This document shows, one piece after another, positions 1 through 9,613 of a stretch of DNA of 64,000 nt; the first letter of the stretch is position 1, and the number at the start of each line of letters is the position of its first letter. Origin of the DNA: Chloroflexota bacterium. GTDB lineage: Bacteria > Chloroflexota > Dehalococcoidia > UBA2979. The notes below the pieces were generated by a model. That model searched no databases. It was not told the DNA's origin and saw only the letters and a program-made list of their open reading frames with translations. The translations under genes were made by a program, and so were the position numbers. The stretch is taken from NCBI GenBank assembly GCA_003228125.1, contig QGNP01000003.1, positions 14,475-78,474 of the forward strand, read 5' to 3'.

Positions 1-52
1 GATCTTCATATACAACAGAAATTTCTTTCTTGTCTACATTTATATCAATCAT
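1..52 (-). CDS. 5' end of an unidentified CDS that runs off the left edge (MIDINVDKKEISVVYED...)
   Basis: ATG at 50-52 (minus strand) with an AAGGTG Shine-Dalgarno 8 nt upstream. The frame stays open to position 1. Only 17 codons are visible. Confidence 0.3.
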   Translation of the reverse strand, partial: MIDINVDKKEISVVYED

Positions 53-89
53 TTTATAAACACCTTGAATAGATAGTAAATTTATTTTA

Positions 90-554
90 TTACTTATTAA
101 TACGATATCTTTTTAATGAAACTAAAGTCCATATATTAAATAAAAAGATTAAGAAAATAACGAATGCATTACCAATGCACCAAATACATATTTCTTTCAG
201 AATGAAAAATTCTACCCAAGTTAAATACATGGAAAAAATTAATGCTGAACTTACAATAGAAGCATTCAAAAGTTGAATAAAGTATTTATATAAATAATCT
301 TGGACATAAAATTCAAAAATAATGAGTGCAAAGATACAAAGGTACAAAGATAATCCTAAATATGAAACAGGTATACCAAGGATAAATCCGTATATTGATG
401 CTTGTACTTTAGTGCAATCACCAATATTGCCACATGACAACTCAGCAGATGCACTTAAATGAACATATGCTAGATAAATAGTAATAAAGAGGCCAATAAT
501 AGTAAACAGTAGTCTGAGATAGTTAATATTGCGCAAATATAAAATATGATTCAT
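90..554 (-). CDS. Vitamin K epoxide reductase (VKOR) family membrane protein
   Basis: 154 aa with multiple TM segments, a loop cysteine pair (C..GDC) and a CIWC redox motif in the last helix. It lies next to a DsbA-like gene. Confidence 0.7.
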   Translation of the reverse strand: MNHILYLRNINYLRLLFTIIGLFITIYLAYVHLSASAELSCGNIGDCTKVQASIYGFILGIPVSYLGLSLYLCIFALIIFEFYVQDYLYKYFIQLLNASIVSSALIFSMYLTWVEFFILKEICIWCIGNAFVIFLIFLFNIWTLVSLKRYRINK

Positions 555-578
555 TGATACTATCCAAGATTGCGCAAT

Positions 579-1268
579 TTATTCCATCAATAACTTTTCA
601 ACTATCTGACGATATACAGTAATATCTTGAATGCCAGCAACAGCAACTCCATTAATAACTACAGTAGGAGTAGATTGAATCCCATAAGCTGTAGCCTGAG
701 ATTGTAATTGCTTCAGAAACATTTCTGGTTCACCAGAATTATAACATGTTAAAAAGACTTCTTTATCGAACGCATCATCTTCAGTTTCAATATATTCTGC
801 CAATTTTAATAATTCATCATCGCTAAAAGTTCCATTATTATGATTTGGGTTTTGTATATAAAAAAGAAGATCATGATAAAGCCAAAATTGACTTTGATCT
901 TGTGCACAAATTGAAGCTTTTGCTGAATTAATAGAATCTTCGCCTAAAAAAGTCATAGGATAATATTCAATAGACGCTATATCTGTATCAAGAAATTCTT
1001 TCCTTAATTGTGGCATCATTTGTTCATGAAACACTTTACAGTATGGACATTGAAAGTCAGAAAATTCAATCATTTTAATTTTATTAGTTGGATTTCCTTC
1101 AAGCCTGCCAATCACCTTGTTGCGTTGAGTAGAAGTAAATCCTTCAAGAGAATTATCAATACTAGATTGATTTATACTAATAAAAACTAATAATGCTGCA
1201 ACGAGGATTGCACTACCAATAAAAAAAACTGTTATAAATCCACCAAAATCATTTAATAATTTTTTCAT
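579..1268 (-). CDS. DsbA-like thiol:disulfide oxidoreductase (thioredoxin fold), membrane anchored
   Basis: N-terminal TM anchor, CPYC active site in the context FSDFQCPYCKVF, and a C-terminal GIQSTPTVVING motif typical of the DsbA family. Confidence 0.8.
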   Translation of the reverse strand: MKKLLNDFGGFITVFFIGSAILVAALLVFISINQSSIDNSLEGFTSTQRNKVIGRLEGNPTNKIKMIEFSDFQCPYCKVFHEQMMPQLRKEFLDTDIASIEYYPMTFLGEDSINSAKASICAQDQSQFWLYHDLLFYIQNPNHNNGTFSDDELLKLAEYIETEDDAFDKEVFLTCYNSGEPEMFLKQLQSQATAYGIQSTPTVVINGVAVAGIQDITVYRQIVEKLLME

Positions 1269-1311
1269 TTTTCATTACCTCATTATCTATTCGTACTGCA
1301 TATTTTTTATA

Positions 1312-2277
1312 TTATTTATCGTTAAGATGAAACGATGTAAAACTATATTTAGACAATTTTTTATCCCAATCAACAACGACTGTTTGTCCTTCTTGAAATT
1401 TACCAGCTAAAATATCTGAAGCCAATGGGTTTTCAATATGTCTTTCAATAGTTCTTCGTAATGGCCGTGCCCCATATTCAGGATCATAACCTTGCTCAAC
1501 AAGCTTATTAATCGCACCAGATTTTATTTCAAGTTGAATTCCCTGTTCATTTAAGCGTTGTGCAACAATACGAATCTCAATTTTAGCAATGTCTTTTATT
1601 TCTTTTTCTGTTAACGGTTCAAAAACTATAATTTCATCGATTCTATTTAAAAATTCTGGCCGAAATGTTTTTTTTAAAGCATTTTCAACTCCAAAAACCA
1701 TCGAATCACGTTCTGATTGATCGCTGGTTCTTTTAAAACCAATATTAGCCTTGGTTGTCCCTGTTCCTAAATTAGATGTTAATATAATAATAGTATTTCT
1801 AAAGTCAACAACACGACCATGCGAATCAGTTAAACGACCATTATCTAACACTTGTAATAAAGTATTAAAAATATCTGGGTGTGCTTTTTCTATCTCATCA
1901 AATAAAATCACTTGATAAGGCCTTCTTCTGACAGCTTCAGTTAATTCTCCAGCTTCATCATACCCAACGTATCCAGGAGGTGCGCCAAACAGCCTTGATA
2001 CTGTGTGTTTTTCCTGAAATTCAGACATGTCCAATCTAATCAGCGCATCCTCATCATCAAATAAATATTCTGCAAGTCCTTTAGCCAGATGCGTCTTGCC
2101 TACTCCAGTTGGGCCAACAAAAATAAAAGAACCTATAGGCCTCTTAGGGTCCTTCAATCCACTTCTAGCTCTCCGGATAGCATCAGCTAATGAACCTATG
2201 GCATTTTCCTGACCTATAACAGAATCATGCAATGAAGCTTCCATATTAATTAATTTATTTGCTTCTTTTTCAAGCAA
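1312..2277 (-). CDS. clpC: ClpC/ClpB-type AAA+ chaperone, C-terminal (D2) fragment. Homology continues upstream in frame to 2385.
   Basis: Contains VIGQENAI, Walker A GPTGVGKT, Walker B ILFDEIEKAH, the sensor region GARPLRR and the conserved DPKRPIGSFIF segment. It is in the same frame as ORF 2386..3747. The TTG start in the track is probably artificial. Confidence 0.85.
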   Translation of the reverse strand: MLEKEANKLINMEASLHDSVIGQENAIGSLADAIRRARSGLKDPKRPIGSFIFVGPTGVGKTHLAKGLAEYLFDDEDALIRLDMSEFQEKHTVSRLFGAPPGYVGYDEAGELTEAVRRRPYQVILFDEIEKAHPDIFNTLLQVLDNGRLTDSHGRVVDFRNTIIILTSNLGTGTTKANIGFKRTSDQSERDSMVFGVENALKKTFRPEFLNRIDEIIVFEPLTEKEIKDIAKIEIRIVAQRLNEQGIQLEIKSGAINKLVEQGYDPEYGARPLRRTIERHIENPLASDILAGKFQEGQTVVVDWDKKLSKYSFTSFHLNDK

Positions 2278-2385
2278 TTTATCAACAGGTATACCTGTTA
2301 CTTGAGCAACGACAGTAGCAATATCTGATGCATCAATGCTATAAATACCATCAGAATCGTTCTTAGAATTATTAATGAATTTTTC

Positions 2386-3747
2386 TTAATCCTTTTTTAA
2401 ATTAGCAAGTATTTGCTTATTTCTTGCGGCCTCTTCGTAATCTTGTCTTAATGCAGCAGAATCAATTTTTTCGGAAGTTTGATCAATGTTATTTTTAATA
2501 TCCTTTAAGTCTGGATTCAACGAATCAGCATCTAGAACTTTTCTTGAAGATGCTTCATCAATTAAATCAATAGCTTTATCAGGTAACTGCCTTTCGGTAA
2601 TATATCTTTCTGATAAATATGCTGCATTTTTAATTGCTTCTTCAGAAATCTGTATACCATGATGTTCCTCATATTTATGTTTAATGCCTTCTAAAATTTT
2701 TATTGTATTAGCAATGTCTGGCTCATTAACAAACACTGGCGAAAACCGTCTTTCTAAGGCAGGGTCTTTTTCGATAGATTGACGATACTCATTTAAAGTA
2801 GTTGCTCCGACAACTTTAAATTCACCTCTGGCCAAAGCAGGTTTTAACATATTGCCCGCATCAATTGCTCCATCAGCGCCTCCAGCGCCAACTAAATTAT
2901 GCATTTCATCTAAAAACAAAATGATATTCCCGCTTGCTTCTTTCACTTCACGAATAACTGATTGCAAGCGCTCTTCAAATTCACCACGAAACTTAGAGCC
3001 AGCTAGCATGCCTGGTAAATCAAGTGCAAAAACTCTTTTATTTTTTAATTTATCTGGAACATTATGATCAATTATTCTTTGTGCCAGTCCTTCAACTACT
3101 GCTGTTTTACCAACGCCAGCTTCACCAATTAACACCGGATTATTTTTAGTTCTTCTATTTAATATTTGAATTAATCTATCTATTTCTTCAGTCCTGCCAA
3201 CTACTGGATCAAGTTCACCCTTCCTTGCTAAATCTGTTAAATCAATACTGTATTTTGCAAGAGATTTGTAATTTGATTCTGCTGTAGGTGAATTAACCCT
3301 TGCACTTCCACGAATTTCGCGTAATGCCGAATAAATTGACTCTTTACTTATTTGCTTGCTTTTAAAAAATCTTGCCGTTGCGCCATCAGTTTCCTCAGAG
3401 ATAGATATCAAAAGATGTTCAATACCTACAAAATCATCTTGTAGTCTCTCAGATTCTGAATTAGCTGATTCCAGCATTCTTACGATTCTTGGAGTTGTAT
3501 AAATTTGAACGACTTCATACTGTAATTTAGGAGATCTGGCCAAATCATCAGCAATAACTCTAATAGCATCTTCTATATCAACATTCAAATTCTCAATAAG
3601 TTCCTTAGCTAAACCATCCTTAAGTTGCAACAACGCAAGAAAAACATGCTCTACGTCCCATTGTGCATGTTTATGATCACGTACCATCTGCTGTGAATCC
3701 TGTAAAACCTTTTGCGCTTGCTCAGTAAATCGATCCTGACGCATCAT
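2386..3747 (-). CDS. clpC: ClpC/ClpB-type AAA+ chaperone, N-terminal fragment (N-domain, D1, short UVR-like M-domain), ending at an in-frame TAA
   Basis: Clp N-domain repeats, D1 Walker A GEAGVGKT, Walker B ILFLDEMH, and a UVR-like [13 protein letters not shown] segment just before the stop at 2386-2388. Confidence 0.85.
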   Translation of the reverse strand: MMRQDRFTEQAQKVLQDSQQMVRDHKHAQWDVEHVFLALLQLKDGLAKELIENLNVDIEDAIRVIADDLARSPKLQYEVVQIYTTPRIVRMLESANSESERLQDDFVGIEHLLISISEETDGATARFFKSKQISKESIYSALREIRGSARVNSPTAESNYKSLAKYSIDLTDLARKGELDPVVGRTEEIDRLIQILNRRTKNNPVLIGEAGVGKTAVVEGLAQRIIDHNVPDKLKNKRVFALDLPGMLAGSKFRGEFEERLQSVIREVKEASGNIILFLDEMHNLVGAGGADGAIDAGNMLKPALARGEFKVVGATTLNEYRQSIEKDPALERRFSPVFVNEPDIANTIKILEGIKHKYEEHHGIQISEEAIKNAAYLSERYITERQLPDKAIDLIDEASSRKVLDADSLNPDLKDIKNNIDQTSEKIDSAALRQDYEEAARNKQILANLKKD

Positions 3748-3749
3748 TT

Positions 3750-4115
3750 CTATCTCCCTTCGTAATTATTTTTAGAAATTAATTTTTCTATTTTTTTATT
3801 TGCATTATTTAGTTGGCCATGCAAATCATTAATTTGTTCTTTTAATTTTAAAATAACTTCTGCTCCAGCTAAATTTACTCCTAAGTCATTAACTAGATTT
3901 AAAACTTGGCGTAATCTTTCTATTTCATTGAGCGAATACAATCTCGTATTTCCATCTGATCTCGCCGGTCTAATAATTCCTTGTTTTTCGTAAGACCTTA
4001 GTGTTTGCTGATGAATACCTGTCATTTTAGCAACTGCAGATATATGAAAAATAGGTCTATTTATTGAAATAGATACTTCATATTCTTGATCAAATTCACT
4101 ATTGTCAAAATTCAT
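3750..4115 (-). CDS. hspR: MerR-family heat-shock regulator (HspR-like)
   Basis: MerR HTH (ISAVAKMTGIHQQTLRSYEKQGIIRPARSDGNTRLYS) followed by a coiled-coil tail. It sits between a DnaJ-type gene and clpC. Confidence 0.75.
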   Translation of the reverse strand: MNFDNSEFDQEYEVSISINRPIFHISAVAKMTGIHQQTLRSYEKQGIIRPARSDGNTRLYSLNEIERLRQVLNLVNDLGVNLAGAEVILKLKEQINDLHGQLNNANKKIEKLISKNNYEGR

Positions 4116-4124
4116 AATTTATCC

Positions 4125-5129
4125 TTAATGAACTTTATCATCTAAATTTTTCATTTGATTAAATAAATCAATATGTTCCTCTGTCATTTTTTCGGGAATT
4201 TGAACATCAATTTCTACAAATAAATCACCATACCCAGTGCTTTTGGGCATGCCTTGGCCAGCAAGTTTGAATATTTGACCTGAAATAGTTTTAGGAGGCA
4301 CAATAAGCTTGACTTGCTTGCCATTAATTCTTGGAATAGTAATCTCAGCTCCCAGAACACAGTCACTTACATCAACTTTTGCTTTATAATGTAAATTATT
4401 TTTATTTAGATAAAAAATAGGATGATTTTCTACTTCAACAATAATGATTAAATCCTGCTTATTAAAACCAGAGGTTTCTTTTACTACATTTTTTAATCTG
4501 ATCTTTTGTCCATGAATAATTCCTTTGGGAACATTCACCTCAATTTTTCTTCCAGATTTTTCAAATCCAGAACCTCTGCAATTATGGCATATTGCACCAG
4601 CTAGACGCTTTATTCCTTTACAAGTATTACAAGGGGCTTTATCTAAATAAAAAATTAGCTCTTTGGAAGCACCATGATAAGCATCTTCTAATGTAATGTT
4701 CAATATTTGTGTTGTAATATTGTTCGATTGTTTTTTTTTCTTTTTTTTATAAAAATTTTGCTGAGAATTGTTTTTAAAACTAGTACCAGACATATTTTTT
4801 AATAATTCTGATAAATCAAAACTTTCATTGAAAAAACTAAACCCATTTTGCTGAGAATGTTTAGTAGTAAAGGCTTCAGAAAAATTAGAATTATTAAATC
4901 CACTACCAGCGTTCCAATTTTCACCATATTGGTCGTATTTTTGTCTATTATTGATATCTGATAAAACTTGATAAGCTTTATTTATTTCTTTAAATTTTTC
5001 TTCAGAAGAATTATCTCCAAAATTAACATCGGGATGATATTTTCTAGCTAACTTTCTATAAGCAGCTTTAACTTCTTTTTCTGAAGCATTTTTATCGATT
5101 CCTAAAGTCTTATAGTGATCATTGGTCAT
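4125..5129 (-). CDS. dnaJ: DnaJ/CbpA-type J-domain co-chaperone
   Basis: J domain with HPD (YRKLARKYHPDVN) and a G/F-like low-complexity region. It has only two CxxC motifs (CNTCKG, CHNCRGSG), then DnaJ C-terminal beta domains. Confidence 0.85.
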   Translation of the reverse strand: MTNDHYKTLGIDKNASEKEVKAAYRKLARKYHPDVNFGDNSSEEKFKEINKAYQVLSDINNRQKYDQYGENWNAGSGFNNSNFSEAFTTKHSQQNGFSFFNESFDLSELLKNMSGTSFKNNSQQNFYKKKKKKQSNNITTQILNITLEDAYHGASKELIFYLDKAPCNTCKGIKRLAGAICHNCRGSGFEKSGRKIEVNVPKGIIHGQKIRLKNVVKETSGFNKQDLIIIVEVENHPIFYLNKNNLHYKAKVDVSDCVLGAEITIPRINGKQVKLIVPPKTISGQIFKLAGQGMPKSTGYGDLFVEIDVQIPEKMTEEHIDLFNQMKNLDDKVH

Positions 5130-5144
5130 AATATTTTAAACACT

Positions 5145-5165
5145 CTTATAAATAATCTATATAAG
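5145..5165. promoter_or_regulatory. Inverted repeat CTTATA-N9-TATAAG upstream of dnaJ, a candidate HspR operator
   Basis: The repeat is read directly from the sequence, 16-36 nt upstream of the dnaJ start. It spans 21 bp like the HAIR element, but only the outer CTT/AAG bases match the HAIR consensus. Confidence 0.2.
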
Positions 5166-5202
5166 TATTATAAGATTATTTATATATAAACAAGTATAAA
5201 AT

Positions 5203-5871
5203 TTATTTTTTATCTTTCAGATTCCACAAGTAACTAATACCTGTATGAGTATCGTATGCTATCTTTTCTGGAGTACTATTTTTTATTCTATACTGCCAAC
5301 TCCAATACAAAAAATTATAATAGTCATTTAAAGAATTAAATTGGGTTATATGTAATTTATTTTCATATTCATACAATCTTATGAATTCATCATATGTATA
5401 ACCATAAAGAATTAAATACGTAGAATCATTCTTGAAATTTTTAGTTAATCCCGATAATGCCTCTTTATTACCTTGCATATCATTTACAATAATAATTGAT
5501 TCTTCTAATAAAACACCGTAAAGAAAATTAAGATGAGCCTTATACTTATATGGAGGAAAAGCACGAGTTAATATAGTCTGATCGCCTCCTGGTAAAATAT
5601 ATGTATTGAATAAAAAAGATAGCGATAAATCTATCTCAATTAAATCCTTACTTGCATCCAAAATTCTACTGGCTAAAAATAGCCAATTAAACACTTCGTC
5701 ATTAATCCAGTACTGATAATTTACATTGTCAACAATTTCTTCTTTTACTGCCCATCGACCAATAATAGTAAGAATTGCCTTTTCTAGGCTTACATTATTG
5801 TTAATTAACTTAGTAAAAATTTCTAAGCCTTCATTAGGATTTAGTTCTGCAGGGATATCTTTTATATTCAT
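5203..5871 (-). CDS. Hypothetical protein (222 aa), unrecognised family
   Basis: Long ORF starting 6 nt downstream of the secA stop on the same strand. I recognise no motif. It is rich in Trp and Tyr. Confidence 0.5.
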   Translation of the reverse strand: MNIKDIPAELNPNEGLEIFTKLINNNVSLEKAILTIIGRWAVKEEIVDNVNYQYWINDEVFNWLFLASRILDASKDLIEIDLSLSFLFNTYILPGGDQTILTRAFPPYKYKAHLNFLYGVLLEESIIIVNDMQGNKEALSGLTKNFKNDSTYLILYGYTYDEFIRLYEYENKLHITQFNSLNDYYNFLYWSWQYRIKNSTPEKIAYDTHTGISYLWNLKDKK

Positions 5872-5877
5872 TACTAA

Positions 5878-8442
5878 CTAATTTAAACCATGACATTTTT
5901 TATATTTTAATCCAGAACCGCAAGGACAAGTAGTATTTCTACTCACCTTATTTATAGACTGAAAACTCACACTATTTTCTAAATTACTATTGCTGTTTTC
6001 ATTAGATATTTTACTTAAATCATTAGAATTCATTGGTATTATTTTTTGATCATCAGCCGTTAAATAAGACTGAGAGACTATACTTTTTAATATACTAGAC
6101 CTTATAGTAATTCCTAGCTCTTCCCACATTAATAAAGCTTCTTTTTTAAATGCAACTAAAGGATCAATTTGTCCATATGCTCTTAAGCCTATACCTCTCC
6201 TCATTTCGTCCATAGCAGTGAGATGCTGAACCCATAATTGGTCAATAATGGACAAAAACGTAAATTGAATAAGTCTGTCTACATTTTCTTGATTAAAATT
6301 ATTATAAAATATTTCAAATTCCTCTTTATATAGAATCAGAAATTCATCGGCTGCTTGAGTAGAACTAGCTTTCAATACGTTATTAATTTTTGCTTCTTCT
6401 ACTTCTTTTAACAAAAAAGATAGACTTTGTTTCAAGTTAATCAACGATTCAGAATTAGTAGTCGAGAAATTTAATAATAGAAATTCAAACTCTTTAAAAA
6501 CCAGATTAAAGAGTTTGTCTTTTAGATTTATACCTTCGAGAATGTTTTCTCTCTCAGTATAAATTGTACTTCGATGAATATTCATCACATCATCATATTC
6601 TAAAATATATTTTCTAGCTTCAAAATTATTAGATTCTACTCTAGTTTGAGCTGTTTCAATTGATCGAGTCACCATTTTTGATTCAATTGGAGTGTTATCA
6701 TCCATGCCTATTTTAGTCATCGCTCCTGATAACCACTCTGGAGCAAATCTTTTCATTAATTCATCTTCAAAAGAAACATACAGTCTAGTAGTGCCTGGAT
6801 CACCTTGCCTGCCCGATCTTCCTCTCAATTGATTGTCGATTCTACGACTTTCATGTCGTTCAGTTCCTATTACATACAAGCCTCCAAGCTCAACCACGCC
6901 TGCCTCAAGCTTAATGTCAGTACCTCTTCCTGCCATATTTGTTGCTATAGTCACAGAACCTTTTTTACCTGCATTTGCAACTATTGCAGCTTCTCTCTCA
7001 TGATTTTTTGCATTCAGAATATCGTGTTTAATTCTTCTTGATGTTAGTAATTTTGATAATTTTTCTGAAGACTCAATCGAAGAAGTACCAACTAATACAG
7101 GCCGTTGCTCTTTGACTTGCAGATTTATATCTTCAGCTACAGCATTAAATTTAGAAAGCTCAGACTGATAAATAAAATCGGGCAAATCATCTCGACGAGT
7201 AGGCATATTAGTTGGTATAACATATACATCTAAATTATAAATTTTTGCAAACTCTTCAGCTTCAGTAACAGCAGTACCAGTCATTCCAGATAATTTTTTG
7301 TACATTCTAAAATAATTTTGAATCGTAATAGTTGCATATGTCATTGATTCTTGTTGCACATTAACTGATTCTTTAGCTTCTATTGCTTGATGTAATCCAT
7401 CAGACCATCTTCTGCCTTCCTGCAATCTGCCTGTAAATGTATCAACAATAATAACTTGACCATTCTTAACCACATATTCTTTATCTTTGTGGTACAAAGA
7501 CTTTGCTTTTAAACAAGACTCAATATATTTAAGTACAGAAAGTGATTCAGGTGAATATAAATTATCAATTTTTAAAATATCTTCAATAACTTCAATTCCC
7601 TTTTCTGTTAAAAAAACTGTTCTGCTTGCTTCATCAATTTCAAAATGAATACTTGCAATTAATTTCTTGACAATTTTTGTAAATTTATTATATTGACTTA
7701 AATCATCTTTAGCTTCTCCAGAAATTATTAAAGGTGTTCTAGCTTCATCAATCAAAACACTATCTACTTCATCAACAATAATAAAATCTAAATTATTTTG
7801 AACTTTTTCATTAAAGGCTACCCGCATATTATCTTTAAGATAATCAAATCCAAATTCACTATTAGTTCCATAAATAATATCGCATAGATAAGCATCTTTT
7901 CTTTCTGCTTTTTCTAAATACTCATATCCGCTTTTACTATTTGATATTTCATCAACCAATACATAAGTTTCATTATTTTGTAAAACTGCTACAGTTAGCC
8001 CTAAATTTTTTAAAGCACGTCCATACCATTGAGCATCTCTTCGTGCTAAATAATCATTGACCGTAACTAAATGACATGAATTACCTAAAATAGAATTTAA
8101 GTACAGAGCAAGAGTTGCAACTAATGTCTTGCCTTCACCGGTCTTCATTTCTGCAATGGAACCTTCATGTAAAGTTAAGGCCCCTAACAGTTGGACATCA
8201 TATGCCCATTCGCCAGTAACTCTTCGAATAGATTCACGAATACAAGTTACACTTTCTATTAAAAGATCATCAATTTCAATTTCATCATTATTTTTTTTTA
8301 AATTAAGAGAATGTTTTATCAATTCATTATCAGATAAATCATTAAATTGTTTTTCTTTTTGATTTATTAAGTCAATTGTAGATTGAAATTTTTTTATTGC
8401 TTTATTATTAGCATTGCCAAATATTTTACTTAAAAAGCTCAT
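5878..8442 (-). CDS. secA: Preprotein translocase ATPase SecA
   Basis: DEAD motor motifs (MKTGEGKT, VDEVDS), preprotein cross-linking and wing domains, and a C-terminal zinc finger CPCGSGLKYKKCHG. Start set at MSFLSKIFG (8442) by N-terminal alignment. The track ORF extends to a TTG at 8460. Confidence 0.95.
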   Translation of the reverse strand: MSFLSKIFGNANNKAIKKFQSTIDLINQKEKQFNDLSDNELIKHSLNLKKNNDEIEIDDLLIESVTCIRESIRRVTGEWAYDVQLLGALTLHEGSIAEMKTGEGKTLVATLALYLNSILGNSCHLVTVNDYLARRDAQWYGRALKNLGLTVAVLQNNETYVLVDEISNSKSGYEYLEKAERKDAYLCDIIYGTNSEFGFDYLKDNMRVAFNEKVQNNLDFIIVDEVDSVLIDEARTPLIISGEAKDDLSQYNKFTKIVKKLIASIHFEIDEASRTVFLTEKGIEVIEDILKIDNLYSPESLSVLKYIESCLKAKSLYHKDKEYVVKNGQVIIVDTFTGRLQEGRRWSDGLHQAIEAKESVNVQQESMTYATITIQNYFRMYKKLSGMTGTAVTEAEEFAKIYNLDVYVIPTNMPTRRDDLPDFIYQSELSKFNAVAEDINLQVKEQRPVLVGTSSIESSEKLSKLLTSRRIKHDILNAKNHEREAAIVANAGKKGSVTIATNMAGRGTDIKLEAGVVELGGLYVIGTERHESRRIDNQLRGRSGRQGDPGTTRLYVSFEDELMKRFAPEWLSGAMTKIGMDDNTPIESKMVTRSIETAQTRVESNNFEARKYILEYDDVMNIHRSTIYTERENILEGINLKDKLFNLVFKEFEFLLLNFSTTNSESLINLKQSLSFLLKEVEEAKINNVLKASSTQAADEFLILYKEEFEIFYNNFNQENVDRLIQFTFLSIIDQLWVQHLTAMDEMRRGIGLRAYGQIDPLVAFKKEALLMWEELGITIRSSILKSIVSQSYLTADDQKIIPMNSNDLSKISNENSNSNLENSVSFQSINKVSRNTTCPCGSGLKYKKCHGLN

Positions 8443-8492
8443 GTTGAATTCTTTTCTCAAAATAAAATTGCAGAAACATACAAATAAATCAA

Positions 8493-9464
8493 TTAACGAC
8501 GAAATAACGCTCCTACAGAATCACCTGTATGAATTCTGCTAATTGCCTCGCCAAAAAGATCAGTGGTAGAAATAATAGTTGGAGTAATATTAGATAAATG
8601 TGCACGATTAATTGGCACTGTGTCTGTAACTATTAATTCATCAATGTCCAAATTATCAATTAATTCAAAACCCTTATCATTAAACATAGGGTGGACACAT
8701 GCTACGCGAATAGAATTAGGATTTTGAGCATTAATTAATTCAACAGCCAATTTAACTGTACCGCCAGTTAAAATTTCATCATCGATAATAATGCAATCTT
8801 TACCAGAAACATCACCAATAATAGTTGAAGCTGTGGGTGATTCTGAATTATCTGTTCTTCTTTTGTCAATTATTGCAAGACCACATTTCAAAGCATTCGC
8901 CATTTTTGCTGCACTTTTTGCACCACCTGCATCAGTAGCAACAATAACAGGCGATTTTAATTTCATTGAAAGAAAATAATCAGCTATCAATGGATAAGCT
9001 GTTAATTCATCTAATGGAATATTAAAAAACCCTTGAATTTGGCCTGCGTGTAAATCCATAGTTAATACTCTATTAGCACCAGCAACTTCTAAAAAATTAG
9101 CAATTAATCTTGCTGAAATAGGAACACGAGGTTGATCTTTTTTATCAGATCTTCCATATGCATAATAAGGTATAACTGCAGTAATTCTCCCAGCAGATGC
9201 ACGTTTTGCAGCATCTATCATTAACATTAATTCCATTAGTCTTGTATTGACAGGACTAACAATTGGTTGAACAATAAATACATCTCGCTCTCTGATATTA
9301 TCAAGTAGTCTGACAAAAACATTCTCATTTGAAAATTCAAAAACTTCGCTTTGCCCCATTGGTAGATTTAAATGCTCGCAAATTTTTTCAGCAAATTCTT
9401 TATTAGCATTGCCAGTAAAAATAGATATGTCTTGATTCAAAATAACCTCATCACTTAAATTCAA
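8493..9464 (-). CDS. prs: Ribose-phosphate pyrophosphokinase (PRPP synthetase)
   Basis: Contains DLHAGQIQGFF and the PRPP-binding loop IIIDDEILTGGT. Length 323 aa. TTG start. Confidence 0.9.
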   Translation of the reverse strand: MNLSDEVILNQDISIFTGNANKEFAEKICEHLNLPMGQSEVFEFSNENVFVRLLDNIRERDVFIVQPIVSPVNTRLMELMLMIDAAKRASAGRITAVIPYYAYGRSDKKDQPRVPISARLIANFLEVAGANRVLTMDLHAGQIQGFFNIPLDELTAYPLIADYFLSMKLKSPVIVATDAGGAKSAAKMANALKCGLAIIDKRRTDNSESPTASTIIGDVSGKDCIIIDDEILTGGTVKLAVELINAQNPNSIRVACVHPMFNDKGFELIDNLDIDELIVTDTVPINRAHLSNITPTIISTTDLFGEAISRIHTGDSVGALFRR

Positions 9465-9551
9465 TTAATCTTATTACCATTATTTACTATAATCTTGCTC
9501 TAATCAAAACTAATTTTTAATAATAAATAAATAAATATTTATTAACTCGCT

Positions 9552-9579
9552 TTGACAAGAATCTTACTTGATTTAAAAT
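9552..9579 (+). promoter_or_regulatory. Candidate sigma70-type promoter (TTGACA-N16-TAAAAT)
   Basis: Perfect -35 hexamer at 9552-9557 and a -10-like TAAAAT at 9574-9579. The -10 overlaps the ATG at 9578, which argues for the downstream start at 9614. Confidence 0.3.
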
Positions 9580-9613
9580 GTTAATTCATTGTTTTAATAT
9601 ACAATTTTTAAGG

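Noticed and set aside
2386-2388. Reassigned genetic code (TAA read as a sense codon) as the explanation for the stop inside clpC.
   Set aside because: All other roughly 65 genes give full-length, family-typical proteins under the standard bacterial code and many end in TAA. One internal TAA does not support recoding.
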